Shown piece by piece: positions 18,744 to 27,422 of a stretch of DNA of 32,000 nt. Below the pieces are notes generated by a model. It saw nothing but the letters and a program-made list of their open reading frames with translations, was not told where the DNA came from and made no database searches. Origin of the DNA: Candidatus Baldrarchaeota archaeon (GTDB taxonomy: Archaea; Asgardarchaeota; Baldrarchaeia; Baldrarchaeales; DXJG01); the NCBI GenBank assembly GCA_019056805.1, contig DXJG01000002.1, positions 493,103 to 525,102 on the forward strand, in the 5' to 3' direction. Each line of letters begins with the position of its first letter. The first letter of the stretch is position 1. The position numbers and the translations under genes are program-made.

Positions 18744-20091
18744 AAACTATATTTTTGATGGTTTTTCCAAAGTCTGTTAATTCCCAACATTCTTGATTAT
18801 TTTTTCCGCTAACTCGTCTAACAATACCGCTTTTTTCCATCGATTTTAGAAGTCGCATAATAAAATAGCCGTTTCTTCTTATGGAATTTTGAAGCTCGAG
18901 CGTTGTAAACTTAGAATTCATAATGTTAAGGTAGCTTAGTACTCTATATTTTCGATGAGATTTTAAAGCATATGCGAGTATATTGAATTGTTTGGAATCC
19001 TTAGGAAAGATTTGCATAATTTCAATTAAGCTGCGCCAGTTCAAGTACGAGGTCAAGATGAAAAGGTTTCTTGCTTTAGATTTTTTAATTTTACCTTTAA
19101 TGTTCACATGACTCAGTATTTTTTCATAATCTTTTATGTACTGTTCATTGCTTTCAAAAATTTGTAATCTCACATTTAAAGAATTGTTTTTGTCTCTATA
19201 ACAATATACATTACCATCTCCAAGTAACAGTCCTTGTAAAAAGAATTTTAGTATGTCCTTATCAGGATTAGATTTTGTTAAATATCTTCTAATTTCATTC
19301 ATTGCATTATAGCAAAATTCCGCCAGTAAGGAATTTGTTACCCAAAGTTTAATTGTAAATTCTTTTACTCTTTCTATTTTTCTTGTGAAAATATTTTTGT
19401 TTGGAATTCCAAGTTTGATCAAAAATGACTTTACTTTTTTGACTTGATTAAACTTTGGATTTATTGAGATAGTCGCATTGAATAACGATATATCAATAAA
19501 AGTTTTAGATAGTTGAAGAAAGTCAGAAATGATTGTCAACGACTTATTAGTAAAGCTAAATTCCCTTCCCCTGCGCCGCTTTAGAATGGTTTTTCCCCCT
19601 TCCGCTTGTAGATAACCCAACAATTTTGCAAAACTCTTCGAAACGTATCTGTTAAACACTATTTCTTTAGGTCTACCTTTAGCTGGATACCACAAAAATA
19701 TATTATTTTTATAACACCTACAACATATAGGAAAACCTGACATAGTTTTTTGGATTAAAAAGTAAAGTAGATCTATAGAATTCCCATTTAACATTTTAGT
19801 TGGTTTCTGTGCAGCTTCCACTTTTTTAATATGCATAGTGATGATTTGACCTTTTTTTAGTTGGAGAGCTTCTCTACACTTTTTGGGAATAATGATTCTC
19901 CTTCCCTTGGTGAAATAAGTAACAAAAAATTTAGTTCCAATATTCGTAGTTATTCCTATCTCCAAAAATCCATTGTTTATCTTATTTTGTATTTGAGCTG
20001 GTACCCAAATACGATTACCTTTGTATACTAGTTTCAATTTCATACATATTTGTGGTTTTGAATTAATAAAAAGTCCACCATTTTGTATCAA
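18733..20091 (-). CDS. Free-standing double-LAGLIDADG endonuclease-like protein with N-terminal AbrB/SpoVT-like and C-terminal winged-helix-like regions
   Basis: LAGLIDADG-like helices AKLLGYLQAEGG and FFLQGLLLGDGN with acidic residues retained. KGRRIIIPKKCREALQLKKGQII is AbrB-like. FTTLELQ...LLKSMEKSGIV...WELTDFGK is wHTH-like. Start uncertain (TTG 20091 or ATG 20043). Confidence 0.75.
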   Translation of the reverse strand: MIQNGGLFINSKPQICMKLKLVYKGNRIWVPAQIQNKINNGFLEIGITTNIGTKFFVTYFTKGRRIIIPKKCREALQLKKGQIITMHIKKVEAAQKPTKMLNGNSIDLLYFLIQKTMSGFPICCRCYKNNIFLWYPAKGRPKEIVFNRYVSKSFAKLLGYLQAEGGKTILKRRRGREFSFTNKSLTIISDFLQLSKTFIDISLFNATISINPKFNQVKKVKSFLIKLGIPNKNIFTRKIERVKEFTIKLWVTNSLLAEFCYNAMNEIRRYLTKSNPDKDILKFFLQGLLLGDGNVYCYRDKNNSLNVRLQIFESNEQYIKDYEKILSHVNIKGKIKKSKARNLFILTSYLNWRSLIEIMQIFPKDSKQFNILAYALKSHRKYRVLSYLNIMNSKFTTLELQNSIRRNGYFIMRLLKSMEKSGIVRRVSGKNNQECWELTDFGKTIKNIVSIL

Positions 20092-20253
20092 TACTCGAAA
20101 TTTTTTAATTTATCAAAATCAAAGCTTGAACCTTATATTTATTTATAATCCCCCAGGAAGAGATAAAATTTTCAATACTTTTCGCTTTTCAGCAAGGAAA
20201 GTTTCGCTCTCCAAAAATATAAAAGAGAATATCTGTCTAATTTTTCTTACCTA

Positions 20254-20778
20254 TTATTTCTTCAATCTTTTCAATAATTGATGAATAAGATCTATTGCTG
20301 ATTCCAATAAGGAAAGTTCATACTCTATTTGTTTTTTCAATTGTTCCTTATATTCTTTACGAGTAATCGGATCTGATATTTGATTTATTTTCTCGAACCT
20401 ATTGACTAGCTTCCTAATCGATGGATATTTACTCAATATTTCCACATTTCTTTCCGTGTAGGGAGTTGATAATTGATGCACGTGTACACCCTTAGGTGAG
20501 ACTTCCAATAGAAGTGTTAGATTACGAGATATTTGAAAATATCTTCTAGGCGGCCCCCCTTCCACTGGCTTTATAAAAGAGTCAATTAGTCCACATCGAA
20601 GAAGTTTATCTATATATTTTTTAAGGACCCACCTATGCATATCCAGCTCTTCTATTAGTTGAGACCAATATTTTGGTTCATTAAGAGCTTGAAGTATTTT
20701 TAGACAGTTTCTACCCGAAAGAGCCTTTAACAGCTCTATTATGTCCTCTAATTCTTTTTCGGACTCTCTATTGGTCAT
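20254..20778 (-). CDS. ArsR-family wHTH regulator, Phr/HSR1-like heat-shock repressor candidate
   Basis: LLKALSG..CLKILQAL...LIEEL...KYIDKLLRCGLIDS...GGPPRRYFQI with a C-terminal coiled region. Divergent from Hsp20. Confidence 0.8.
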   Translation of the reverse strand: MTNRESEKELEDIIELLKALSGRNCLKILQALNEPKYWSQLIEELDMHRWVLKKYIDKLLRCGLIDSFIKPVEGGPPRRYFQISRNLTLLLEVSPKGVHVHQLSTPYTERNVEILSKYPSIRKLVNRFEKINQISDPITRKEYKEQLKKQIEYELSLLESAIDLIHQLLKRLKK

Positions 20779-20816
20779 TGCAGGGACCCTCTATGTTAGA
20801 TAATAGAATCGTTACC

Positions 20817-20882
20817 TTTATATATGTATCACCTATTAGTGACCATAGTCACCTAATAGTGACATTTCCTATTAGGAGGTGA
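20817..20882 (+). promoter_or_regulatory. Hsp20 promoter: TATA box, tandem operator and RBS
   Basis: TTTATATA at 20817-20824. TCACCTA(T/A)TAGTGAC at 20829-20843 and 20849-20863 (20-bp period, each TCAC-N6-GTGA). GGAGGTGA at 20875-20882. Confidence 0.75.
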
Positions 20883-20888
20883 ATTCAA

Positions 20889-21368
20889 GTGGCAGACTGG
20901 GAAGATCCCCTAGAAAAAGAAATAAGAAAAATACTTGAAAAAATGATAAAAAACTTCACGATAATTTCAGAAATCGATCCAGGAGAGGCCCAATTTTTCG
21001 GTTATGAACGAATAGAAATTACACTACCCAACGGTAAAAAGATAATTAAAGAACGAAGAACGCCCTCAATCAACAACCATCCAATACTGAATGTAATTAA
21101 AGAAAGCCAACCGGAACAAGATGTCTCAAGCTTTCTAAGCGATGTAATCCGAACACCAAACGAAGTTATAGTCATCGCCGAAGTACCTACACTTGACGAA
21201 AGAGACGTAAATTTTGAAATCAAAGATGGAGCCGTTAGAATTTTCTGCAATGGTGAAATGATCCACGAAATTAAGATAGAAAACGATGTTGATCCTACCT
21301 CCATCAAAAAAGAATTCAAAAACAGAATCTTAGAGCTCAAAATACCCTTAAAAAAGAAATCCAAATAA
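20889..21368 (+). CDS. Small heat-shock protein (Hsp20/alpha-crystallin)
   Basis: DVIRTPNEVIVIAEVP...DVDPTSIKKEFKNRILELKIP resembles the alpha-crystallin domain of archaeal Hsp20. Confidence 0.82.
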   Translation: MADWEDPLEKEIRKILEKMIKNFTIISEIDPGEAQFFGYERIEITLPNGKKIIKERRTPSINNHPILNVIKESQPEQDVSSFLSDVIRTPNEVIVIAEVPTLDERDVNFEIKDGAVRIFCNGEMIHEIKIENDVDPTSIKKEFKNRILELKIPLKKKSK

Positions 21369-21580
21369 CATCATTACTACATACAAAATTCACATTATTT
21401 TTAAACCGTAAGTTATCCAAACTTACAAAATTGAAAACTTATACCATTATATTTTTTAATCAAAATTAGTGTAACGTATTTTTCATATATTTTAATTTTG
21501 AGATGTAGTAAATTTTAATATGCAAAAACGGAAAGGTATCTTGTACTGTTCAAAGAATTTTAAAAAGAAAAGTGGTAGCC

Positions 21581-22987
21581 ATGAACAATGAAAAACAGGT
21601 ATCTGACCTTGACAAATTCTTTAAAGCTAAATCTGTAGCTGTTATAGGAGCCTCCGCAACACCTGGTAAAATCGGATATGAGGTCCTTCGCAATCTTGCT
21701 TGTTTTGAATATAAAGGCAAGATTTTTCCCGTTAATCCTAGAAGAAGCGAAATCCTAGGCCTAAAATGTTATCCATCAGTTCTCAACATACCTGAAAATA
21801 TCGACCTAGCTGTCCTAGTTGTATCCGCAGAACTTACACCCAAGACTGTTGAAGAATGCGGAAAAAAAGGCATAAAAAACATCGTAATAATTTCCGGTGG
21901 TTTTAAAGAACTTGGAGAACGCGGAAAAGAACTAGAAGAAAAAACAGCAGAAATCGCCAAAAAATATGGAATTAGAATCATCGGACCAAACTGCATAGGA
22001 GTTTTTGATTCAAAAACAAGACTTGACACGTTCTTTCAAAGCAGAGAACGTATGATTAGACCTCCTCCAGGCCCTATAGCTTTTCTCACCCAAAGCGGCA
22101 CTTATGGATGCGCTTTTCTTGAATGGGCCGCTGAAGAAGGCATAGGCATTAGTAAGTTCGTTAGCTACGGTAACAGAATCGATGTTGATGAAGCAGACCT
22201 ATTACACTACTTAGCAATGGACGAGGACACAAAGGTAATTGCTATTTACATAGAAGGCTTAGGTGATGGTAGAAAATTTATTGAAGCCGCAAAATACGTT
22301 GCTAAGAAAAAACCCATAATTGTTCTTAAAGGAGGCAGAACTAAGGAGGGCGCTAAAGCAGCTCAAAGCCACACAGGCTGGCTTGGCGGTGAAGACCGTG
22401 TTTACAGAGGAGCTTTCAAACAAGCAGGCATAATTTGGGCAGACACATTTGAAGAACTTTTCGATATGGCCAAAGCCTTAGCTATGCAACTTCCAGCCCA
22501 AGGTCCAAACGTTGCAATGGTAAGTAATGGAGCTGGACCCATGGTTCAAGCAGTTGACGCATGCGTCGAAAAAAATCTAAAAATAGCTAAACTTACCGAA
22601 AAAACAATAAATATCCTTAAAGAAAAACTCCCTCCCTACTATATCGTTAATAATCCCGTTGACGTAACTGGTAGCGCTAATAGTAAAGATTACAAAATTG
22701 TTCTTGAAACTCTTCTAGAAGATCCTAACGTACATATTTTGATGCCTTTCTTCGTCTTCCAAGATACACCTCTAGATGAAGGTATTCTCGATGTTATGAA
22801 AGAAATAAATGAAAAATCCAACAAACCCATCGTTGTTGGCGCTGCTGGTGGACCTTACACAAGAAAAATGTCAAAAGAATTAGAGAAAATAGGAGTTCCC
22901 GTTTATCCTATACCTGAAAGGACCGTAGCGGCGGCATACGCCCTATATACTTATGGAAACATCAAAAAACGATCAAAATCTGAATAA
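21581..22987 (+). CDS. acdA: ADP-forming acetyl/acyl-CoA synthetase, alpha subunit
   Basis: SVAVIGAS, FPVNP, IIGPNCIG, TQSG, FVSYGN, AAQSHTG (phospho-His), NPVDVTG. ATG 21581 preferred. Confidence 0.92.
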   Translation: MNNEKQVSDLDKFFKAKSVAVIGASATPGKIGYEVLRNLACFEYKGKIFPVNPRRSEILGLKCYPSVLNIPENIDLAVLVVSAELTPKTVEECGKKGIKNIVIISGGFKELGERGKELEEKTAEIAKKYGIRIIGPNCIGVFDSKTRLDTFFQSRERMIRPPPGPIAFLTQSGTYGCAFLEWAAEEGIGISKFVSYGNRIDVDEADLLHYLAMDEDTKVIAIYIEGLGDGRKFIEAAKYVAKKKPIIVLKGGRTKEGAKAAQSHTGWLGGEDRVYRGAFKQAGIIWADTFEELFDMAKALAMQLPAQGPNVAMVSNGAGPMVQAVDACVEKNLKIAKLTEKTINILKEKLPPYYIVNNPVDVTGSANSKDYKIVLETLLEDPNVHILMPFFVFQDTPLDEGILDVMKEINEKSNKPIVVGAAGGPYTRKMSKELEKIGVPVYPIPERTVAAAYALYTYGNIKKRSKSE

Positions 22988-23036
22988 GTTGAAATCTGCC
23001 GATGTAAAGAAATATACGTGGGGTGGTAGTTTTTCG

Positions 23037-23333
23037 TTATTCAAACCCGAATTTTTTCCTTAGTTCTTTAGACATCATACTTGGATTCCATGGCGGATCA
23101 AAAGTTAACTCTACCTCAACTTCTTTAGCTCCAAGTTTCTTCACTGCATCCTCTACCTGTCTTGGTATCACTAAGGCTAAAGGACAGCCAACCGTTGTTA
23201 AAGTCATTTTAACATAGACCTTTTCATCTTCAACCTTGACATCATATATTAAGCCTAAATCAACTACGCTTACACCTAATTCCGGGTCATATACATTTTT
23301 TAATGCTTCCATTACCTGCTCTTTTGTAAGCAT
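23037..23333 (-). CDS. DUF59/SufT/PaaD-like metal-sulfur cluster assembly factor
   Basis: VYDPELGVSVVDLGLIY, MTLTTVGCPL, FDPPW. ATG 23333 after GGTGG. Confidence 0.93.
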   Translation of the reverse strand: MLTKEQVMEALKNVYDPELGVSVVDLGLIYDVKVEDEKVYVKMTLTTVGCPLALVIPRQVEDAVKKLGAKEVEVELTFDPPWNPSMMSKELRKKFGFE

Positions 23334-23625
23334 CAAAACCACCTTTAAAATGGAAACTTACGGAAAATAGATAAACTTTTCTATGACCACTTTGAAAAGA
23401 AATAACATTCTCCGAAATTAAACGTGTTTTCAATTTAACATTGAACTTATCTAACGATTTCTTATGATGTTTGTACAGGTTTAATTGAATTGATCTTTCG
23501 TAAGATGTATATTTGCGGCTTGGCAATATAATTTTGAATAACTAATTGTTCATTTAAAGATAAAGTCAGCTATAAAAAGGAGGCATAGTAGTAGTTATAA
23601 ATTTGATATTTGGGAGGTGGAATAA

Positions 23626-24135
23626 ATGCTTATCGGCATTATTTCTGACACTCATGATCACCTAAATGCAATGGCAAAAGCTGTTAGTAAACTCAACGAA
23701 TTGAAAGTCGAGTTAGTTATTCATTGTGGAGATTTTATTTCTCCTTTTGTTATAAGAGAGCTTGGAAAATTAAATTGCAAATTAATCGGTGTTTTTGGAA
23801 ACAATGACGGAGATAAATATACTCTTACTGAAAAGTTTTCTGGTCTTGGCTTTGAACTTCATGATGGACCACATACCCTTGAAATCGAAGGACTAAGATT
23901 TCTAGTTTTTCATGGCTACCGTTCTCCAGATATGACCATTAACATTGCTTACAAGCTTGCTGAAACTGGTAAATATGATGTAGTTGCCTACGGTCATACT
24001 CACAAAGTTGATCAACAGAAAATTGGAGAAACCCTTGTTCTAAATCCGGGTGAAGTTTGCGGCTATCTATCACATGTTTCCACCATAATGATTTTAGACA
24101 CTAGAAGAATGGAAGTAAGAAAAATTACACTATAA
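23626..24135 (+). CDS. Metallophosphoesterase, YfcE/MJ0936 family
   Basis: ISDTHD, HCGDF, VFGNND, VFHG, YGHTH, NPGE. Confidence 0.93.
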   Translation: MLIGIISDTHDHLNAMAKAVSKLNELKVELVIHCGDFISPFVIRELGKLNCKLIGVFGNNDGDKYTLTEKFSGLGFELHDGPHTLEIEGLRFLVFHGYRSPDMTINIAYKLAETGKYDVVAYGHTHKVDQQKIGETLVLNPGEVCGYLSHVSTIMILDTRRMEVRKITL

Positions 24136-24198
24136 AATAGAAAGAATTATTAACGAATTATAACTGTTAAATGAGAAATATGATGGAGAGCGATAATA

Positions 24199-25101
24199 GT
24201 GATCGTTGCAGTTCATGGCGATGATTGCGACGGTATATGTTCAGCAGCTCTTATTCTCTTAAAATTTCCAAACGCCAAAATAAAATTTCTGAATCCTAGA
24301 AGCATCTTTAAAGTCGATAAAGAATTCGATCTAGTTGTGGATCTCCCTAAACCAAAAAAGTGCAAAATAAACATAGATCACCACAAAAGCAACCTAGAAA
24401 GGCTAAAAAACGAAGGCTCGCTCACTTCACAAGATATAATTGACCCCGAAGCTCCTGCCGCAGCCCTTCTACTCATGAAATATCTAAACTTAGAGAAAAA
24501 TGAAAAAGCCAAGGAAATCGTTGAAATAGCCGTCGCCGCCGACACTGCTAGACACACCGAAGAAACTCTAATTTTAGATAAAATCATTAAAGCATCTGAA
24601 AATAACGAGGAAAATCTCTTAAGAATTGCTAAAATCCTTGCCGAAAAAGGCAAAGACTTTTTAAGCGATGAGTGGCTGAAGGAAAAACAGAAAGAAATTG
24701 AAACAGAACTTCAAAAGATTAGAGCTTCCCTGGAGAATTTTGTCAATTCTCTAAGCGTCAATAGCGGATTTGTTATAGTTGACGAAATTGACGCAATTCC
24801 TTATCATTCAGCCAAAGATATTGCACATATGCTTTTAGATCGTGGTTGTGATGCTGTTGCTGTTCTCTATAGAGATATAACTGAACCTTCAAAAATTAGA
24901 ATTTCCATTAGAGTTAGACGCGATAGCGAGGCATTAGATGCAGAAGAAGTTACCAAAAAGCTAGGCGGTGGAGGGCATAAAAAAGCAGCCGGAGCAATAA
25001 CTACAAAGGTTGAAGAAGTGGTCTTTACACTTTTAAACGAGTTTTCTGAAAGATCTCCTACGAGATCGGTAGTATTTGTAAAGCTTCCTAAAATTCCATA
25101 A
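24199..25101 (+). CDS. DHH/DHHA1 family phosphoesterase
   Basis: HGDDCDGICSAA, VVDLP, IDHH, ISIR, GGGGHKKAAG. Confidence 0.88.
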   Translation: MIVAVHGDDCDGICSAALILLKFPNAKIKFLNPRSIFKVDKEFDLVVDLPKPKKCKINIDHHKSNLERLKNEGSLTSQDIIDPEAPAAALLLMKYLNLEKNEKAKEIVEIAVAADTARHTEETLILDKIIKASENNEENLLRIAKILAEKGKDFLSDEWLKEKQKEIETELQKIRASLENFVNSLSVNSGFVIVDEIDAIPYHSAKDIAHMLLDRGCDAVAVLYRDITEPSKIRISIRVRRDSEALDAEEVTKKLGGGGHKKAAGAITTKVEEVVFTLLNEFSERSPTRSVVFVKLPKIP

Positions 25102-25308
25102 TTAAATTATTATATTAATGGTCATATATTTGGTAATTGGTCTTAATTTCAAAAAGTATTCTAACTATTTTATTTTCCTAAACTAATTATATGGAAAGAT
25201 ATTTATGGTATTGTGTTAACGTTTACTTGTATCTTAAGGGGGAGAAAAAATTATATCATCGTAACTATCAAAAACTACTATTCAAATAAATCAAGTTGGG
25301 GTTCAGGG

Positions 25309-25533
25309 ATGAAAAGCGAAATAAAGAAAATACTAAGTAAATTAAAGCTTAAAGGGATCTCGGTAGCACTTTTATTTATAGCTACAGGTATTTTCCTAGG
25401 TAGCTTGTTCGTTATAGCTGGAATTTTAAAGGTAGCACCCCTTCAAAAAACATTCACCTTGGTCTCAGCCTTCATAGTTTTCATCGTTTCCGCTATATTT
25501 GCATGGGTTGGAGACATTATTGAAGAATCTTAA
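25309..25533 (+). CDS. Small two-TM membrane protein
   Basis: Two hydrophobic helices. ATG 25309 after a G-rich RBS-like run is preferred over 25213. Confidence 0.65.
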   Translation: MKSEIKKILSKLKLKGISVALLFIATGIFLGSLFVIAGILKVAPLQKTFTLVSAFIVFIVSAIFAWVGDIIEES

Positions 25534-25546
25534 GTGAGGTATATTT

Positions 25547-26041
25547 ATGAGTGTAAAAAGATTTTTTGCAAAGCATGGTTTTATCACAAACGGTATGCGT
25601 GTTAATCTCATAGGAGAAAAATTTTATACATTAATGGTAGGTATAGCCGACCTACTTAAAGAGAACTTTGGAGAGAAGGGTGAGCAACTACTTATCGATC
25701 TTCTAAGAAAATTTGGAGAAGAAGATGGAAAAAGATTAAAAGAAGAGCTAAAGCTCGGCAACGATATAAACGATGCCGCTGATGCATGGATTATTATGGG
25801 TAACATTTTCAAAGTCAAAATGTTTACCCGCAAAACTAGCGATAAGGAAATAGAGTTTTACCATCCAAATTGCCCTATGTGGAACTTTTTTAAATCCAAA
25901 GGAAAAATATACTGCGAAACTCTATGCTTACCCTATGTTGAGTCAGTTGTTAAAGCCATTGCCCCAAATATCGATATGGAGATTGTTCATCCACCTACAA
26001 TTGAACGTACCTGCGTCAAAAAACTAGTCGTCAAAAGTTAG
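25547..26041 (+). CDS. V4R/ATC-hydrolase-like small-ligand-binding protein
   Basis: FGEEDG...AADAW...NCPMW...CETLC...TC Cys pattern typical of L-2-amino-thiazoline-4-carboxylate hydrolase-like/V4R folds. GAGGT RBS. Confidence 0.6.
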   Translation: MSVKRFFAKHGFITNGMRVNLIGEKFYTLMVGIADLLKENFGEKGEQLLIDLLRKFGEEDGKRLKEELKLGNDINDAADAWIIMGNIFKVKMFTRKTSDKEIEFYHPNCPMWNFFKSKGKIYCETLCLPYVESVVKAIAPNIDMEIVHPPTIERTCVKKLVVKS

Positions 26042-26575
26042 CTTCGGATATCTACCAAACTTTTTTCTAAATTCCTCCACATAGTATTGCAAGGTACGAG
26101 CTGAAAAACGACTTCTATCTATTTTCAATTTTTGTATAATATCCTCTATATCTTCTTTATTTCCCTCTACCTCAATAAAGGACCCTATCTCTGGAAAAAT
26201 ATCCAACATTATTTTTACTTTTTTATCTTTAAACTCGTATATTTCCCTGATTCTATCCACTCTGAACACTTGTTTAAAACCAAGATGTTCAAAAATCTTA
26301 ATCGCGTTAAAACCATCACTAACATGAACTTCAACTTCTTCTCTAACCTTGTATTTTTTATCGGCTATTCTAGGACCTTTAAAAGTTATCATACCCTCGC
26401 CATTCTCAAAAACCCGTATTCTAAAAACGTAATCTTTCCTTTGAAACTCTCTATTTCCATAGTCAAAACTAAAATCCCTAATCAAATTTTTAAAAACCAA
26501 TTTCCCACCAATAGTCCTTATCTTTTTCCGCACTTCTTCTACATCGTCAACTTTCGCTTTAACTTCAATTTCCAT
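26024..26575 (-). CDS. cyaB: CYTH-domain protein (class IV adenylate cyclase / triphosphate tunnel enzyme)
   Basis: EIEVK (ExExK), FRIR, ITFKGP, REEVE, RIREIY, LDIFPEIGSFIEVE. ATG 26575. Confidence 0.88.
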   Translation of the reverse strand: MEIEVKAKVDDVEEVRKKIRTIGGKLVFKNLIRDFSFDYGNREFQRKDYVFRIRVFENGEGMITFKGPRIADKKYKVREEVEVHVSDGFNAIKIFEHLGFKQVFRVDRIREIYEFKDKKVKIMLDIFPEIGSFIEVEGNKEDIEDIIQKLKIDRSRFSARTLQYYVEEFRKKFGRYPKLTFDD

Positions 26576-26658
26576 ATTATTGTAAAAACCATCACCAAAC
26601 ATTTTAACTTTCTCTTATCAACTACTCACATTACTATCCAAAATACGACTTCGCAAGC

Positions 26659-27237
26659 TTACACTGACTGATATTTCCTGATTGCGTATATTAATAATTG
26701 TGCTAATTCCTGAAATGCTGGCTGTACATTTTCACCGGTTTTGGCGGAAGTCTCTATAAAAACTATCGGAACGTCAAATTTTTCCTCTAAATATCTTTTT
26801 AGTATTTGTCCTTCCTCGTTGCTGACCCAGTCACGGCTTGGATCTGGTGGTGTATCTATCTTAGGTCTAAGATCTATTTTATTTCCAACTAAAACTACTG
26901 GTACTTTTCCAGTATTTTTCACTAACTCTTCCATCCAAAAGACTGTATTCTTAAAGGTACTTCTTCTCATTACATCATAAACAAGTAATGCTCCACTTGT
27001 GCCTCTATAAAAGGATTCTCTTACTGCTTTGAAGTGTGGTTGTCCAGCTAAGTCCCATATTTGAAACTTAACCTGAACCTCATCAGATAACTTGATATCC
27101 ATCACTGCAAAGTCAGCACCAATAGTCATTATATATGCACTGTCGAAACCTTCGCCCATAAATTTTCGTCTAAGTGCCGTTTTTCCGACACCACCATCGC
27201 CAATTAAGACAACTTTGAAAAGATAACTGTTTTTCAT
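26659..27237 (-). CDS. Rab-like small GTPase, paralogue 1
   Basis: G1 GDGGVGKT, G2 TIGADF, G3 WDLAGQ, G4 NKID, G5 ETSAK. No C-terminal Cys. Confidence 0.95.
   Translation of the reverse strand: MKNSYLFKVVLIGDGGVGKTALRRKFMGEGFDSAYIMTIGADFAVMDIKLSDEVQVKFQIWDLAGQPHFKAVRESFYRGTSGALLVYDVMRRSTFKNTVFWMEELVKNTGKVPVVLVGNKIDLRPKIDTPPDPSRDWVSNEEGQILKRYLEEKFDVPIVFIETSAKTGENVQPAFQELAQLLIYAIRKYQSV
27017..27076. repeat. 60-bp exact repeat, copy 1 (inside GTPase paralogue 1)
   Basis: TCTCTTACTGCTTTGAAGTGTGGTTGTCCAGCTAAGTCCCATATTTGAAACTTAACCTGA, identical to 27751-27810. Confidence 0.95.
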
Positions 27238-27422
27238 GACCTATACCTCGCACCCCGTCCTCCAGTAAGGTTGGGGTTAATAAAGTTATTACGATAAAGA
27301 TTATAAATTTTTTGATAACGTAAAGCCTCATTTAAACGTAAAATTTGAGGAAATCTAAAAAATAGAACCGTTATTTTGCGAGAGGTTCAATGTTTAAATA
27401 AAGACAAAATAAATTAAATAAA

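Larger units (their letters stand above)
17199..20253. mobile_element. Candidate acquired cassette (intact tyrS + LAGLIDADG protein); right boundary undefined
   Basis: Inferred only from the adjacency of the truncated tyrS, the palindromic breakpoint, a second divergent tyrS and a nuclease-like gene. No terminal repeats or integrase seen. Confidence 0.3.

Noticed and set aside
18733-20091. LAGLIDADG ORF as an intein or intron-encoded protein
   Set aside because: No N-terminal Cys/Ser block, no C-terminal His-Asn, no flanking exteins, and no rRNA/tRNA host sequence around it.
20092-20253. Right-hand terminal repeat or target-site duplication matching the 17199 palindrome
   Set aside because: Only a weak AATATCTG versus AACATCTG resemblance, which is expected by chance in AT-rich DNA.
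23287-23526. 79-aa minus-strand ORF upstream of DUF59
   Set aside because: Overlaps the DUF59 start in another frame and has no motif. More likely promoter DNA.
26132-26671. 179-aa plus-strand ORF
   Set aside because: Antisense shadow of the CYTH gene with F/I/N-biased composition. The same applies to the other short antisense ORFs inside confident genes.
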